NCBI GenBank assembly: GCA_963710605.1 | Contig: CAVQBA010000006.1 | Location: 256,001-320,000 of the forward strand | DNA length: 64,000 nt | Reading direction: 5' to 3' | Origin: an uncultured cyanobacterium | GTDB lineage: Bacteria > Cyanobacteriota > Cyanobacteriia > Cyanobacteriales > Cyanobacteriaceae | Shown here: positions 50,761 to 61,954 of the stretch, piece by piece | Layout of the letters: each line of letters starts with the position of its first letter | Numbering within the stretch: the stretch's first letter is position 1 | Translations under genes and position numbers: made by a program | Notes under the pieces: model-generated | What the model was told of the DNA's origin: nothing | The model's database searches: none | What the model saw: only the letters and a program-made list of their open reading frames with translations

Positions 50761-51429
50761 TAATCTTTCTGACGTTTAATTAATTGGGGCTACTTACAAG
50801 CATAGATATATTATGTATTATCGTAATTTGCTATGTGTTACATGAGTTGGAGTAATATTTTTTGGTCTTATAGTGGTAATTTAGTTAAAGTTAGGATATA
50901 TTTTATGTGAATTCTTAATCAAAAATATATACGGCTCAAAACTAATTACTGACAATCCAAAATGTGGTCATTAAATACTTACTGTCAAACTAATGATGAA
51001 ATCGCTAAAAGATCAAGTGTTCAATTTTATAATTAGTAGGTAAGAATAATTATTTTTTGCTAACAGATGATTATTGATAATTTGTCTTGAGTTGTCTATT
51101 TTTTTAAGCTAACTTCACTGAGATATTAATTACTAATGAAACAAATTATTAAATTTTATACTAAAGTTAGTTGAGATTCGATAATTAAAAAAATACTTAG
51201 TCAATACTTCTTTGGGAATAGTTACTCTTAAGTAGGGTAGCGTAGTTCTTTTTTATTTAATTTAAGATAAATAAGGGAATTAATTGAGTCTTTTTTGATC
51301 TATTTTAATATCCGTAAAAGTGAAAAATAATCAAATTATTCCTATCGGAGTATTTACATTTGTAAGTAGTTTTGCTTAAATTAAGATAATTTTAATAATC
51401 TTGAATAGCTATAATTAATCAGCAATAAT

Positions 51430-52299
51430 ATGAAACAATCTTTAGGTAATAGAATCGGTGTTTTTGATAGTGGTGTGGGGGGTTTAACGGTTCTTCGGAA
51501 ACTTTTTCGTCATTTACCGAATGAATCAATGCTTTATTTTGCTGATACTTTACGTCTTCCCTACGGAAGTCGTTCACAGCAAGAAATAATTCTTTTTGTC
51601 AGACATATATTAGATTGGATGCAACAACAACAAGTCAAAATGGTGATAATGGCTTGTAATACAAGTTCTGCATTAGCTTTACAAACTGTACAATCTGAAT
51701 ATAATTTTCCGATTTTAGGTTTAATTCATCCTGCGGCTAAAGGTGCTGTTGAAAATGGTCAAAAAATAGGCGTTATTTCTACTGTCGCTACGGCTAAAAG
51801 TAATGCTTATTACAACGCAATCAAAGAAGTTGATCATAATGTTGACGTTTGGCAAGTAGGATGTTCTGAATTCGTACCTTTGATTGAGCAAAATCGCATT
51901 TATGAATCTTATACCAAAAAAATAGCTACAGAATATTTAACTCCTTTAATTGACAATCGTATTGATAGTTTAATTTACGGTTGTACTCATTATCCTCACT
52001 TAGAAGGTGTTTTAACACAAATTTTACCTGAATCAGTTAAATTAATCGACCCAGCCAACTATTTAGTTGAAGCTGTTGAAAAAGAATTAAAACTACTCAA
52101 TTTATTAAATAACACAGGTAATTTGTTACCAACTCGTTTTTGTGTTAGTGGTAATCCTGAAGATTTTGCTAAAATTTCTAAACAATGGCTTGGTTTTACT
52201 CCCACAGTAGAAAAAGTTCATCTATCTACTGATGATAATTTGCTTGATTTACCCGTTAAAACCGAAACACTTTTAGATAATCAAAAAATATATGCCTAA
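51430..52299 (+). CDS. murI: Glutamate racemase
   Basis: IGVFDSGVGGLTV, PYG, ACNTSS, GCTHYP. Confidence 0.96.
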   Translation: MKQSLGNRIGVFDSGVGGLTVLRKLFRHLPNESMLYFADTLRLPYGSRSQQEIILFVRHILDWMQQQQVKMVIMACNTSSALALQTVQSEYNFPILGLIHPAAKGAVENGQKIGVISTVATAKSNAYYNAIKEVDHNVDVWQVGCSEFVPLIEQNRIYESYTKKIATEYLTPLIDNRIDSLIYGCTHYPHLEGVLTQILPESVKLIDPANYLVEAVEKELKLLNLLNNTGNLLPTRFCVSGNPEDFAKISKQWLGFTPTVEKVHLSTDDNLLDLPVKTETLLDNQKIYA

Positions 52300-52617
52300 A
52301 GTATTAATCTGTAATTTTGAGTATTTAGTCTAAACTAAAATCACTATAACTTCATTTTCTCCAATTACCGTTAACTTTGGTTAATTTTAATCATCGTTGA
52401 TGGTTTATTTATTTTTCAAGGTTTATTACTACCTTCAAGTCGTTTTTTTCCTTGACAAAAAGGAGAATTTTTTGTTCTGGCGGAGTATTATTAAAAAATA
52501 TCTCAATAACACAAAAAGATTATTAGTAAAAACTAAGTATTATTTCAGCTACATCTTATTTAGTTTGGATAAAATAAAAAGAGATTATTAAAAACAAAAC
52601 AATTAATTTTTTAAATT

Positions 52618-53100
52618 ATGAAAAGAAGAACAATGTTAAGTACTAGTGTAGGTACGATCGCATTTTTATTAGGAATTACAGCAACCAAATCATCAGTGAG
52701 TCAAAAACCAGACAAAATCGATATGTCAGATGCACAATGGCAAGAAAAGCTAACCTCTGAACAATATAATGTTTTAGTCAAAGAAGGAACAGAAAGACCT
52801 TTTTCGAGTAAACTATACGACGAAAAAAGAAAAGGTATCTATGCTTGTGCGGCTTGTAATACACCGTTATTTGAATCGAAAGCTAAATTTGATAGTGGCA
52901 CAGGTTGGCCTAGTTTTTATCAAACAATTGGTGATAACGTTGAAACCAAAAAAGATTTTAAACTAATTTTACCTCGTACAGAATATCATTGTGCTACATG
53001 TGATGGACATCAAGGTCATGTTTTTAATGATGGCCCCAAACCTACAGGTAAACGTTATTGTAACAATGGTGTTGCTTTAAAATTTATTGCTGAGGCATAA
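52618..53100 (+). CDS. msrB: Peptide-methionine (R)-S-oxide reductase with N-terminal RR signal-like sequence
   Basis: GTERPF, KFDSGTGWPSF, GHVF.DGP.PTG.RYC.N. Confidence 0.95.
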   Translation: MKRRTMLSTSVGTIAFLLGITATKSSVSQKPDKIDMSDAQWQEKLTSEQYNVLVKEGTERPFSSKLYDEKRKGIYACAACNTPLFESKAKFDSGTGWPSFYQTIGDNVETKKDFKLILPRTEYHCATCDGHQGHVFNDGPKPTGKRYCNNGVALKFIAEA

Positions 53101-53107
53101 TATCAAC

Positions 53108-53719
53108 ATGAAAAGATTTATTGCGATCGTTTTACTGACTTTTTTTCTAGTCGTTCCCTCTGCTTGTGCTCAAAACACCAACAGTAATAGTAATAGTACT
53201 ACCGCTACTTTTGCGGGAGGTTGCTTTTGGTGTATGGAAAGTGATTTTGATAAAGTTGATGGAGTATTATCGACAACTTCTGGCTATATAGGAGGGAAAT
53301 TAGATAACCCCACTTATAAGCAAGTTAGTCGAGGTAAAACAGGTCATGCCGAATCAGTAGAAGTAGAGTACGATCCTACTAAAGTAAGTTATCAGCAATT
53401 ATTAGATACTTTCTGGGTTAATGTTGATCCTACCGTCAAAAATCGACAGTTTTGTGACATTGGTAGTCAATATCGTACAGCTATCTTTTATCACAATGAC
53501 CAACAAAAACAGTTAGCATTAGCAAGTAAAAAAAAGATACAAGACAAACTAAATACCAAAGTTTTTACTGAAATTGTTTCTGCCACCAAATTTTATTCAG
53601 CCGAAGGTTATCATCAAGACTACTATCTTAAAAATCCACTTAAATATAAATATTATCGTTTTGCTTGTGGTAGAGATAAACGACTCACCGAACTTTGGGG
53701 CGAATCAGCTACCCATTAA
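53108..53719 (+). CDS. msrA: Peptide-methionine (S)-S-oxide reductase with signal peptide
   Basis: FAGGCFWCME, TGHAE, G.QYRTAIF, AE.YHQDYY; likely start ATG 53108. Confidence 0.95.
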   Translation: MKRFIAIVLLTFFLVVPSACAQNTNSNSNSTTATFAGGCFWCMESDFDKVDGVLSTTSGYIGGKLDNPTYKQVSRGKTGHAESVEVEYDPTKVSYQQLLDTFWVNVDPTVKNRQFCDIGSQYRTAIFYHNDQQKQLALASKKKIQDKLNTKVFTEIVSATKFYSAEGYHQDYYLKNPLKYKYYRFACGRDKRLTELWGESATH

Positions 53720-53758
53720 TCAACAATTATTAACCGATTACAATCGATCGGTTATTTT

Positions 53759-53786
53759 GTAGGGGCAGAATATATTCTGCCCCTAC
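53759..53786. repeat. Perfect GTAG-type REP palindrome, possible bidirectional terminator
   Basis: GTAGGGGCAGAATATATTCTGCCCCTAC between convergent genes. Confidence 0.8.
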
Positions 53787-54856
53787 TCCATGTGGTGCTT
53801 GAGGTTTTCCGTATGTTTCTGAACAACCCATTGCAAGAAACGATTCCATGCCCACCATCGATCGGGATCGTCGAATTTTTCTTGACATTTGTGACTACTG
53901 ATGTATCCAACATGACCACCATATTTAGTTAAGACTAAATCGATCGCTTTATTTTCTTCACTAATATTGGTAAGATCGTTGACTAAACTGGGTGCGAACA
54001 TCGGATCATCGATCGCATACAGAATTAAAGTCGGTTTAGTAATTTTAGACATGATAGTCAAAGGGCTACTAACTCGGTAATATTCTTCAACGGTAGCGAA
54101 ACCTAATTGAGGAATAACAAGATAGCGATCGAATTCTTGAATACTATTAGCTCGATCGATTTGTTTGCGGCTAATAAAATCAGGATGCGCTTGATGAATT
54201 TCTTCGGCTAATTGTTTTAAAGCACGAGTAATTGCTTTTTCTAAATATTTACCTAAACGATCGTTTTCTAAATAATTTAACGATCGACTTGCATCCAAAC
54301 TAGGACAAATAGCACAACCACCACCAATATCATTTTCCTCTAAATTTAATTCAGGATATTTATCTAACCTCGATGCTTCGTACAAACCCCATAAAGCTAG
54401 TTTTCCTCCTAAAGAATATCCCGTAAACCAAAATTGAGCGGGGCAACCAATTTCTTTAGCTTGACTGGCAATATGAATATAATCTTGCCCTTCATACAAA
54501 CCATCAGATGTTAGATGAGGTGACAATAAAGCTGTTTTACCATGAGCTCTCCAATCGAATAATATCACAGCATAACCTTGAGCATAGGCTTTACGTCCTA
54601 AAATTCTCAAAAACCATTGATTTTCTAATGTTCCTGTAATACCATAAGTACCGACTATCGTACCCTTAGCATTATTTGGGATAGCTACCAAAGCAAAAAT
54701 AGGTACATTATCAGCCCCCTGAAAAATATGCTCTTGATAATCAGGCTCATCATAATCGATCGTTTCTTGCCAGTTTTTCTGTGCCTGTAAAGCGATATAA
54801 ATAGTTTGAACTAAACCGTTACGTAACCAAAACTTAGGTTGATAATGCCACATCAA
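53783..54856 (-). CDS. YheT-family alpha/beta hydrolase
   Basis: NG..QTI, DWRAHG, GYSLGG, DDP, GGHVGY. Confidence 0.88.
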   Translation of the reverse strand: MMWHYQPKFWLRNGLVQTIYIALQAQKNWQETIDYDEPDYQEHIFQGADNVPIFALVAIPNNAKGTIVGTYGITGTLENQWFLRILGRKAYAQGYAVILFDWRAHGKTALLSPHLTSDGLYEGQDYIHIASQAKEIGCPAQFWFTGYSLGGKLALWGLYEASRLDKYPELNLEENDIGGGCAICPSLDASRSLNYLENDRLGKYLEKAITRALKQLAEEIHQAHPDFISRKQIDRANSIQEFDRYLVIPQLGFATVEEYYRVSSPLTIMSKITKPTLILYAIDDPMFAPSLVNDLTNISEENKAIDLVLTKYGGHVGYISSHKCQEKFDDPDRWWAWNRFLQWVVQKHTENLKHHME

Positions 54857-54858
54857 AA

Positions 54859-54994
54859 GAGTAAGGAGTAATGAGTAATGAGTAAGGAGTAATGAGTAAG
54901 GAGTAATGAGTAAGGATGAAGGAATAAGGAATAGAGAATAAAAATTATCAAGTAACTCTTAACTTTTAACTTTTAACTTTTAACTTTTAACTTT
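54859..54994. repeat. STRR-like heptamer arrays (GAGTAAG/GAGTAAT)n and (TAACTTT)n
   Basis: About eight and five tandem units respectively. Confidence 0.88.
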
Positions 54995-56211
54995 TACGCG
55001 CTTCTTAAAGCAACAATCGGATCTAATTTAGCGGCTTGTTTAGCAGGTACAACACCAAAAAATAAACCAATTCCACCAGAAATACCGACAGCTAAAACGA
55101 TCGTATTTACTGAAATAGCAGTTGGTAAAGGTGAAACAACGCCAACAGTAAGTAAAACGCCGATACCAATCAACGTACCAACCACACCACCAGTAACACA
55201 GATAATTACAGCTTCAATCATAAACTGTGACAAAACGTCTTGCTCAGTAGCCCCGATCGCTTTTCTCAAGCCTATTTCTTGAGTCCTTTCACTCACAGAA
55301 ACTAACATAATATTCATTACGCCAATACCGCCAACCAAAAGCGAAATACAAGCGATCGCCGCTAACATAATTGTCAATCCTCCTGTGACAGTATTGACGG
55401 TGCTTAAAATATCTTTTTGGGTTTCCACACGAAAATCATCTTCCCCAACTATTTTGTGTCTGAGTCTGAGTAAATTTTCAATTTGAAACTGAGCTGAATC
55501 AATACCGCTTGCTTCTTTCGCCGAAATAGAAATAAAACTTAATTCCATCCCATATTGTGAGGTTTTACCAACTATTTGGTTACCCATAGTTGATAGAGGT
55601 ATATAAATTGTTTCGTCTTGATTATTGCCTAAAGACGAGCCTTTAGATTCCATTATGCCGACAACTTCAAAAGAAACATTTTTAATCCGGATACTTTTAC
55701 CGATCGCATTTTCATTTGGGAAAAAATCTTGGGCAATTTGAGAGCCAAGTATAGCGATTTTATTATTTCTTTTTAAATCTAATTCATTGACAAATCTACC
55801 TTGTTGTAAATCAAAACTACGTACTATCAAAAACTCAGGTGTTGTACCAATAATCGAAACATTATTATTTTTACTCCCAGCGGTAACTAATAAACGGGAA
55901 TTTATTTGTGGTGCAACTTGATCTATACTTGGTACCTGAGATGCGATCGCTTTAGCATCAGCTAAAACTAAAGTATTTGGTGTTTCAAAAGTTGTACGAC
56001 GAGCTTCTCTACTACCTGGTACAACAAATAAAGTATTAGCACCCAAAGACTCAAATTGCTCCGAGGCTAGTTTTTGAGCCGCTTCTCCAATACCGATAAT
56101 CGCAATCACAGAAGCGTTACCAATGATGATACCCAACATGGTTAAACTACTACGCATTTTGTGGCTAACTAAAGTAGTTATCGCCATTTTCATTGAGTCA
56201 CTGAATTTCAT
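54994..56211 (-). CDS. ABC transporter permease, MacB/FtsX family
   Basis: RS.LTMLGIIIG, ISLLVGGIGVMNIMLVSV.ER..EIGLRKAIGA, AAKLDPI.ALR. Confidence 0.93.
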   Translation of the reverse strand: MKFSDSMKMAITTLVSHKMRSSLTMLGIIIGNASVIAIIGIGEAAQKLASEQFESLGANTLFVVPGSREARRTTFETPNTLVLADAKAIASQVPSIDQVAPQINSRLLVTAGSKNNNVSIIGTTPEFLIVRSFDLQQGRFVNELDLKRNNKIAILGSQIAQDFFPNENAIGKSIRIKNVSFEVVGIMESKGSSLGNNQDETIYIPLSTMGNQIVGKTSQYGMELSFISISAKEASGIDSAQFQIENLLRLRHKIVGEDDFRVETQKDILSTVNTVTGGLTIMLAAIACISLLVGGIGVMNIMLVSVSERTQEIGLRKAIGATEQDVLSQFMIEAVIICVTGGVVGTLIGIGVLLTVGVVSPLPTAISVNTIVLAVGISGGIGLFFGVVPAKQAAKLDPIVALRSA

Positions 56212-56365
56212 CTTCTTACGTCTATATCATTAATAATCGATCGTCTTTACTGTAATTGTAACGTCTAATCAATTAGCAATAGGGAATAGAAAATGAAGAA
56301 ATATTCTCAATTCTCACCGAATAATTGCAAAGCAAGAATTCATCTCAATTCTCAATTCTCAATTC

Positions 56366-57397
56366 TCAATTATCCCGAACTTGCCATTGATCAAAAATAT
56401 CTTTAATCAAGATTTCTTTAACTAAAATTTGACCGATGATAGTTAAAGGTAAAACTAAAAGCAAACCCAATAACCCCAAAAAGTTAGTGTAAACAACTTC
56501 ACCGACAATCACATTAGCTGGAATTAATTTGACTTTATTCGGTCTTAATTTAGCGAGGATAACTCGATCGACAATTACATGAATCACGATATAACTAATT
56601 AAAATTAACCAAGGTTTTAAACCAGAAGTAATAAAAGCGATCGCCATTGGTGAAATGACACTAACTACGACTCCAATATAAGGAGTAAATGCGAGTACTC
56701 CTGCTAATAAAGATTGAGCTAAAACCAAAGGAATTTGAAAAATATATAAGCAAATATAAGTCAAAATAACGATACTAACAATTTTGATAAAAGTATTAAT
56801 TAACCACTCTTCTAAATCTACTTTAATTATTTCAATAATAGTAGTTACTCTAGGACGATAAAAACTGGGGAAAAAACGAATAAATCCTTTTTTATATGCA
56901 ATTGGATCAGCTAAAAACATTAATGTTAAAGCAAATAACAACAAACTGCTTAGTAAAGAGCCTAAAAATCCGGAAATGAAACCTAAACCTTTAGTTAATA
57001 ATTCTCGGAAAATTGCTTGTATTTGTGGTAATATTTCTTCTAAATTAAAGATGAACTGACTAAACTCTGGAGAGATATTGTCTCTTATTTGATCTAAGCG
57101 GATAATAAGTTTGTCTAACCCTACAGGTACTAACTCAAATAGTTGTTGAAATTGAAGAAATAAAGATGGAACAACTAAAGTCGTAAAAGATAAAATCAGA
57201 ATAACAAAACTAATACCTGATACTAAAATAGCATATTGTCTTTTAATATTAATTAGTTCTAGTTTTTTGACAATAAAATTAAGTGTTGAAGCTAAAATTA
57301 CAGCAGTAAAAACCAATAAAATTAGCTTTCTTATTTGCCAAATAATATAGACTAAAATAATAACTGTACTAAAGCTAATCCATTTGGCGAAATTCAT
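56366..57397 (-). CDS. AI-2E family transporter
   Basis: Polytopic protein; LAG.L.F.PYIG, LGL.GLLL.LPL. Confidence 0.85.
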   Translation of the reverse strand: MNFAKWISFSTVIILVYIIWQIRKLILLVFTAVILASTLNFIVKKLELINIKRQYAILVSGISFVILILSFTTLVVPSLFLQFQQLFELVPVGLDKLIIRLDQIRDNISPEFSQFIFNLEEILPQIQAIFRELLTKGLGFISGFLGSLLSSLLLFALTLMFLADPIAYKKGFIRFFPSFYRPRVTTIIEIIKVDLEEWLINTFIKIVSIVILTYICLYIFQIPLVLAQSLLAGVLAFTPYIGVVVSVISPMAIAFITSGLKPWLILISYIVIHVIVDRVILAKLRPNKVKLIPANVIVGEVVYTNFLGLLGLLLVLPLTIIGQILVKEILIKDIFDQWQVRDN

Positions 57398-57593
57398 TAA
57401 TATTTTTTTTGCTTAAAAAAAGTTGATAGTGGTTAACGATTGTTAAAAAGTTTTTAGTTATGACTAAAAGCCATTAATTATCAATAAAATTTTAATTTTG
57501 TGGTTATCTATCAATAGATAATTATTTTATTTTTGTTGAGTATCTCGTGTACTCAACATGACTGATACTATGGATTCACAGAATAAAAATTAC

Positions 57594-57791
57594 TTAACTT
57601 TTAAACTGCTTATGTCTAAGTAAAAGAATAAATAACAAACTTAGTACAGGTGATAAAATAATTGATAAAGCTAAATAGATTTGATGATCACTAATCAACC
57701 AATTATCTAAACCGTATTTGATAAAAAAAGACATGATAGCTGAAAAAAGAGTAACTTTACTAATAAAAAATAACTGATCTTTGGTCAACAT
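57594..57791 (-). CDS. Small two-TM hypothetical protein
   Basis: F..KV...S...S..IKYG...AL.II..P pattern. Confidence 0.6.
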   Translation of the reverse strand: MLTKDQLFFISKVTLFSAIMSFFIKYGLDNWLISDHQIYLALSIILSPVLSLLFILLLRHKQFKS

Positions 57792-58094
57792 AATATTACA
57801 AAAGCAAAATAAAATAAAGTTTTTTCTAGTTTAAATATTAATTTGTTATCATTAAGCTGAAGTATTAAAATTATATATGATCAATACATTAAAAAAGCAT
57901 TCAACTTATAAGTTAATTTAACTAGCTATTGTATAAATTAATTAATAATATAATCAAATAATAATCATTAGGTTACTAAATTTAATTTAACTCAATTTGT
58001 TTTAATCAAGTTTAAAAAAATTACTTATTACTTATTAATATATTCTTAAATAAGTAGTTTGTAATCTAATTTATTTATTGATAGACTAAAATTT

Positions 58095-58652
58095 TTATTT
58101 TAATTTCTTTTTGATAAAAGATACGATTTGATTCATTTGTTTTTTGAGAATAACAACTTCAGATTCTAATTTAGTAACCTTAGCTTGTAGCTGTTTGACT
58201 TGAATACTGTCGTCGGATACATTACCTGTTGTTGCTGTAGCCGAAGAAGTTGAACCAACATTAAGTTTAGCTAATTGCTTGGATTTCTCCATCGATTCAC
58301 GAATTCCTTGAATTAGCTGTTTTTGATCGAAGGGTTTTTCTAAGAAAGAAAAAAACTCAAACGGTTCGCGTATCTTCTCGGTTACTTCATCTTTTCTTCC
58401 TGACATCATTAGCAAAGGAATTGCTTTAAGTGTAGGATCTTTTTGGATGGTTTGATAAACTTCATAACCGCTTTTTTTAGGCAAAAAGAAGTCCAACATA
58501 ATCAAATTAGGATTACAACTTCTCACTAATTCTAGTGCTTGTAGTCCATCTTTTGCTTCTACGACTTCAAATTTTCCCTCTGGTAACATATCTTTGACAG
58601 TTCTTCTGATGACCATACTGTCATCGATAACTAAAATTTTGTGGGTAGGCAC
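58095..58652 (-). CDS. Response regulator (receiver + coiled-coil tail)
   Basis: ILVIDDS, MLD..LP..SGYEV, EKPF; GTG start with AGGAG RBS. Confidence 0.9.
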   Translation of the reverse strand: MPTHKILVIDDSMVIRRTVKDMLPEGKFEVVEAKDGLQALELVRSCNPNLIMLDFFLPKKSGYEVYQTIQKDPTLKAIPLLMMSGRKDEVTEKIREPFEFFSFLEKPFDQKQLIQGIRESMEKSKQLAKLNVGSTSSATATTGNVSDDSIQVKQLQAKVTKLESEVVILKKQMNQIVSFIKKKLK

Positions 58653-58751
58653 AAATAAACTCCTTACAACTATAAAAACTCTAAGTAACTATTAGATTAA
58701 GTATATTAAACTATGATGAAAAGTGATTATTTTCTCTAATTTTTTCTAATC

Positions 58752-59654
58752 ATGATTAATGATGTTAATACAGATTTGAACCTAAAGTCTAATTTAGTTA
58801 ATTTACCTCCTTGGTTACGATCGTCTATTGGTAAAGCATCACAAATTTCTCATGTGCAAAAAATAATCAAAGAAAGAAACATTCATACTATCTGTGAAGA
58901 AGGGCGTTGTCCAAATCGAGCCGAATGTTATTCTCAAGGTACAGCAACTTTTCTGTTGATGGGACTTATTTGCACCCGTAATTGTGGTTTTTGCCAAGTT
59001 TCTAAAGGAGTACCTCCTCAAGATTTAGATGCCGATGAGCCTCAAAAAGTAGCCGAATCCGTTAACTTACTCCAGCTTAAGTATGTCGTATTGACTTCGG
59101 TAGCTAGGGATGATTTAGAGGATGGGGGTGCTAGTTGGTTTGTTAAGGTTATTAACGCTATTCGGCACTCAAATCCTGACACCAAAATAGAAGTTCTTAC
59201 TCCCGATTTTGGAACGAGAAAAAATGCTCAATGGCAACAAAGAAAAAGTATTAAAACTATTGTTGATGTTCATCCTGCTTGTTATAACCATAATTTAGAA
59301 ACTGTGGCTAGATTACAAAATACTGTTCGTAGAGGGGCAAAATACGATCGTTCTTTACGAGTATTAAAGATAGTTAAAGAATTAAATCCTCAGATACCAA
59401 CAAAATCAGGCTTAATGTTAGGCTTAGGAGAAACCAAGTCCGAAATTATTTCGACTTTGGAAGATTTGAGGAAAGTAAAATGCGATCGTCTTACATTAGG
59501 ACAATATTTACGACCATCTTTAGCTCATTTACCTGTCGAAAAATATTGGACTCCTACAGAATTTACGGAACTAAAAACTATAGCTGAGAGTCTTGGTTTT
59601 ATAAAAGTAAGTAGTGGACCTTTAGTTAGAAGTTCTTATCACGCTGAAGATTAA
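58752..59654 (+). CDS. lipA: Lipoyl synthase
   Basis: [26 protein letters not shown]. Confidence 0.96.
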   Translation: MINDVNTDLNLKSNLVNLPPWLRSSIGKASQISHVQKIIKERNIHTICEEGRCPNRAECYSQGTATFLLMGLICTRNCGFCQVSKGVPPQDLDADEPQKVAESVNLLQLKYVVLTSVARDDLEDGGASWFVKVINAIRHSNPDTKIEVLTPDFGTRKNAQWQQRKSIKTIVDVHPACYNHNLETVARLQNTVRRGAKYDRSLRVLKIVKELNPQIPTKSGLMLGLGETKSEIISTLEDLRKVKCDRLTLGQYLRPSLAHLPVEKYWTPTEFTELKTIAESLGFIKVSSGPLVRSSYHAED

Positions 59655-60108
59655 ATTTAATTAATTTTCTAATTTTTTAATAATTTAACTTAATCTTATC
59701 TATTAACTGTAATAATTAATACATATTTTTATTTTATTTTATAGCTTACTGTTATAATTAGCAAGTCATTTATTCCTATTGGTTGATGGACACTTTTTTA
59801 CTTTAGTTTATGATAAAATATCAGGAAAATTGGCTATATTAATGTTTATAATCAAATCAATGATTCAAAGCATGAGTATAATAAATAAGAACTTACTCTT
59901 GTCAAATCTGTAGATCAAAATCTAAAATATAAACAAATTTTATTAATAATTAAAGTGCTAAAGTATCATCTTTATCAAAACTTTAATAAATAAGTAGTTA
60001 TTAATGCTGATCTACTAATTATTTTCAGTATAATTACTGAAAGCAATAATTAAAAAATAGTTAATAATTAAGACAAATGATATCTAACAAATATCTGAAA
60101 TTAGACCT

Positions 60109-60813
60109 ATGACATTATCAAAACGTATTCCTTTGACAAATAGCTCTCAAACCATTAAACAAAATAAGAAATTGTCTTCAAACTATACTATTTCATCTTC
60201 ATCAGTTCATCCTTCAGTCAAAAGTTTTATTAAAAGACTAATTGATATAGCTGGTGCGATCGTGGGTTTAGTTCTAACCGCAATTATTATTATTCCATTA
60301 GCAATAATAATCAAATTAGATAGTAATGGACCTATTTTGTATAGTCAAATTCGTTGTGGCTTAGGTAATAAAAAGTTTCGGATTTGGAAATTTCGTTCGA
60401 TGTATGTAGATGCAGATCAAAAAAAGCATTTAGTTAAAAATAATGCGAAAGGACATATTTTTAAAAATGATCAAAATCCTCGCATCACTAGGGTAGGTAA
60501 GTTTATTCGTCGTAGTAGTTTAGATGAATTTCCTCAATTTTGGAATGTTTTATTAGGGGATATGAGTTTAGTCGGTACTCGCCCTCCTACTCCTGATGAA
60601 GTTGAAAATTATGATGAGCATCATTTACAACGATTAAATATTAAACCCGGAATAACAGGAGAGTGGCAAGTAAATGGTAGATCGTCAATTGAAGATTTTG
60701 AAGATATTGTTAAATTAGATTTAGAATATCAACATAAATGGTCTAACTTATATGATCTTAGTTTAATTCTTCAAACAATTTCTGTAGTTTTTAAATGTAA
60801 AGGGGCTCATTAA
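60109..60813 (+). CDS. Sugar transferase (priming phosphoglycosyl transferase domain)
   Basis: KRLIDI, KFRSM, SLDEFPQF.NVL.GDMSLVG.RP, KPGITG.WQV. Confidence 0.92.
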   Translation: MTLSKRIPLTNSSQTIKQNKKLSSNYTISSSSVHPSVKSFIKRLIDIAGAIVGLVLTAIIIIPLAIIIKLDSNGPILYSQIRCGLGNKKFRIWKFRSMYVDADQKKHLVKNNAKGHIFKNDQNPRITRVGKFIRRSSLDEFPQFWNVLLGDMSLVGTRPPTPDEVENYDEHHLQRLNIKPGITGEWQVNGRSSIEDFEDIVKLDLEYQHKWSNLYDLSLILQTISVVFKCKGAH

Positions 60814-60865
60814 TCAAAAATTAATATATGATATACAGAAGAAATTTGCTAACTAGTTCGATCGT

Positions 60866-61600
60866 ATGATCAAATATCAAACACAAAAAAGTTTTTCACT
60901 TAAAGTAGTTAACGTCTTCAAAATTATCATTGTCTTAATTATTGTTTCAGGAGTAGGTAATTTATTTGTTGCTGAGGAAAAAAAAACAGAGCTGAAAAAA
61001 GCTAGTCAGCAAATTATCTCTACTATCTCTGGAAGCCCTCCTCTGGCTATGAAAGGTGGTAATCCTCGTATCAGAGCTTTAATGCGAACGATTAGTTCTA
61101 GCGAAGCAAATTATATTAAACCTTATAATGTTATTTATGGTGGTGAGCATATAGAGGATTTGAGTCAACATCCTAATGTATGTATCAAAATTAGTAATGG
61201 TCCTAACAGAGGTAATTGTTCTACTGCCGCTGGAAGATATCAGTTTTTAAACACTACTTGGGCGGAAAAATCAGCTTTATATCATTCTGAGCCTAATTCA
61301 TTTGTTGTCTGGAAAAAATATAGTTTTGAAGCGATACATCAAGACGAAGTTTTATACAAATGGTTAACTGATTCACAAGCTTGGGAAAAAGATATTGTTT
61401 TGTTATTAGAAGAAGGAAATATAGAAAAAGTTTTAGAAGTTTTATCCCCTACTTGGACAAGTTTAGGTTATGGCATCGAAGATAATGTTATGACTAGGCA
61501 TTTACCGACTATTTACCGTAAACTGCTTAAAGAAGAATTTAAAAATATTAATCGTCAATCAATCATTAATCATCAACAATCCACTGTCAATGGAGAATAG
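60866..61600 (+). CDS. Lambda-lysozyme-like muramidase (GH24/GH104) with N-terminal TM segment
   Basis: RALMRTI..SE, Y.V.YGG, STAAGRYQFL..TW, W.SL. Confidence 0.85.
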   Translation: MIKYQTQKSFSLKVVNVFKIIIVLIIVSGVGNLFVAEEKKTELKKASQQIISTISGSPPLAMKGGNPRIRALMRTISSSEANYIKPYNVIYGGEHIEDLSQHPNVCIKISNGPNRGNCSTAAGRYQFLNTTWAEKSALYHSEPNSFVVWKKYSFEAIHQDEVLYKWLTDSQAWEKDIVLLLEEGNIEKVLEVLSPTWTSLGYGIEDNVMTRHLPTIYRKLLKEEFKNINRQSIINHQQSTVNGE

Positions 61601-61954
61601 AAAACGATCGATTAACTAGTCTTTCGTCCACTGTTAAACAAAATCATAAAATTAATCTGTGTTTTTTTTTGATTAATCTGTGTTTTTTTTTGATTAATTT
61701 GCTGATTAGTATTTCTTCATTTTCAGCTATCATCATCATCATCGTAATTATATTTAGCATTAATTCTGGTTGATTAAATATAATTACGACAAAAACCTAA
61801 TCAACTTTAGATGATTTATCTAACAAATTAAATATAATTAGATCAATAAGTAATTTTATTAGATAAACTTAAGTGAGTTGATTAAGTAATTAACGATCGT
61901 TTTCTGAGCTATACGTACGTATATTATTTTTGTTTTTTCCGCTCAAATTAGTAA

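Noticed and set aside
29726-52591. Intergenic ORFs 29726-29920, 32371-32583, 40329-40586, 52397-52591
   Set aside because: TTG-initiated, F/L/I/K-rich translations typical of chance ORFs in AT-rich DNA.
6209-59021. Short overlapping ORFs 6209-6403, 10452-10664, 26616-26858, 26868-27161, 30032-30244, 30405-30593, 33695-33889, 34413-34628, 35314-35619, 41017-41250, 41169-41351, 53574-53762, 58839-59021
   Set aside because: They overlap well-supported genes, are short and have no independent coding signal.
60866-61600. Prophage lysis gene
   Set aside because: No other phage genes are nearby; TM-anchored lambda-type muramidases occur as ordinary chromosomal genes in cyanobacteria.
61650-61698. 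21-bp tandem repeat ATTAATCTGTGTTTTTTTTTG
   Set aside because: Only two low-complexity copies between convergent genes; most likely a slippage duplication.
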